Source: Strigamia acuminata (taxonomy: Eukaryota). Taken from it: a DNA stretch of 64,000 bases. The position numbers and the translations under genes are program-made. The stretch is from the NCBI GenBank assembly GCA_949358305.1, contig OX442314.1, positions 10,478,001 through 10,542,000 on the forward strand. Reading direction: 5' to 3'. A model generated the notes under the pieces. It did not search any database and was not told where the DNA came from. It was given only the letters and a program-made list of their open reading frames with translations. This document shows, piece by piece, positions 63,144 through 64,000 of this stretch. Every line of letters starts with the position of its first letter. Within the stretch, counting starts at the first letter, position 1.

Positions 63144-63489
63144 CAGTAGTTTTGTTCTTCAATTCAATGATCGTGTGTTGTACTAACACCACGTGCTTTC
63201 TTTTTTACCCGATTATCGTGCAAAACAATTATTATTTTTCTTATCATGGTCACTCGCTTGGCCTCGATTTGGCCGCCCGTTGCCAGTGTTCCTTCGGCCG
63301 CTCGCCTCTTCTGCATCCGCATCAGCGTAAACTGCTCGTCGTTTCCGAATTCGCGAGGCTCGGCTCGCCGCCCCGCATTGGCTACGCTTGCTCGCCGCCC
63401 CTGCATTCGCGTTGGCCTGCTGTGCTGCTTATCATAATATTCAGCGAAAATATATCAAAATTTCTTGATCGTCATTAATTTTGTAACAA

Positions 63490-64000
63490 CTCCCGGAGAA
63501 GTTATTTAGAGTCAAAGCATATTTCCCAAACAGGAAATAGAACGATACGTCGAAATAGTTTTCATTCAGTACCACTTCCCTGTATCACTCCAGCTGGGAG
63601 GACAAAATTACAATTACAATGCCCGATGAAGGAGGAGAAGAAGTGAGGGAAGAAAATATTAACGAGCCATTACATCAAAATAACAGCAATACGGTTCCTG
63701 ATGCAGAGATCACTCCGCCCATTGCCCCAGCATGAGTCCCACGTTTTACCAGATCCAGTCGAAGAGTGAAATCACCTGATCGATTGAATATGTAGACTTT
63801 AAAGGTTAAAGGGGGAGATGTGTTGTTAGTCATATCACGTACGTCATATGTACTAGACACGTGCGCCGAGCCCAATTTTTCGGCGGCGGCTGGATTCAGC
63901 TGGGCGCCACCAGATGGCGGCGGCTCGAATCCGGCTCGTTCGCAGGGACCGGCGGCTGGCGGCTCAACCGATGCAGTACAGTATCGGCGGCGGCTGGCAG
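63490..64000 (+). mobile_element. 3' end of a Gypsy element: degenerate integrase tail, PPT and start of the 3' LTR
   Basis: TIRRNSFH and TRSSRRVKSPDRLNM*; PPT AAAGGGGGAGA at 63808-63818; LTR starts TG at 63819 and runs off the window. Confidence 0.7.

Overview
Eukaryotic genomic DNA from an invertebrate animal, probably a non-insect arthropod-like lineage (inference), with short AT-rich introns. The left part holds four apparently intact genes: NXF1 (+, with the 110-nt exon / long intron / 37-nt exon retention cassette), ACBD3 (-), FAM98 (+, head-to-head with ACBD3) and an intronless, GC-rich DDX23/PRP28 (+). From about 12 kb onward, apart from DDX23, the window is a dense mosaic of broken gene pieces. 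These include four RNF216-like RBR ligase copies, scrambled papilin exons (Kunitz, Ig, Cys-rich repeats, antistasin, WAP, PLAC), fragments of methionine synthase, DEG/ENaC, a BTB protein and cytoplasmic dynein heavy chain, and duplicated 3' ends of FAM98 and DDX23. Three young non-autonomous LTR elements with intact target-site duplications (TSDs) are inserted in this region: one with 2.1-kb LTRs, one with gag plus an extra ORF, and a 1.2-kb Copia derivative carrying half of tRNA-iMet. There are also piggyBac- and mariner-type MITEs, BEL/Copia/Gypsy pol relics and several minisatellites. All protein assignments come from motif recognition by eye; no database search was run.
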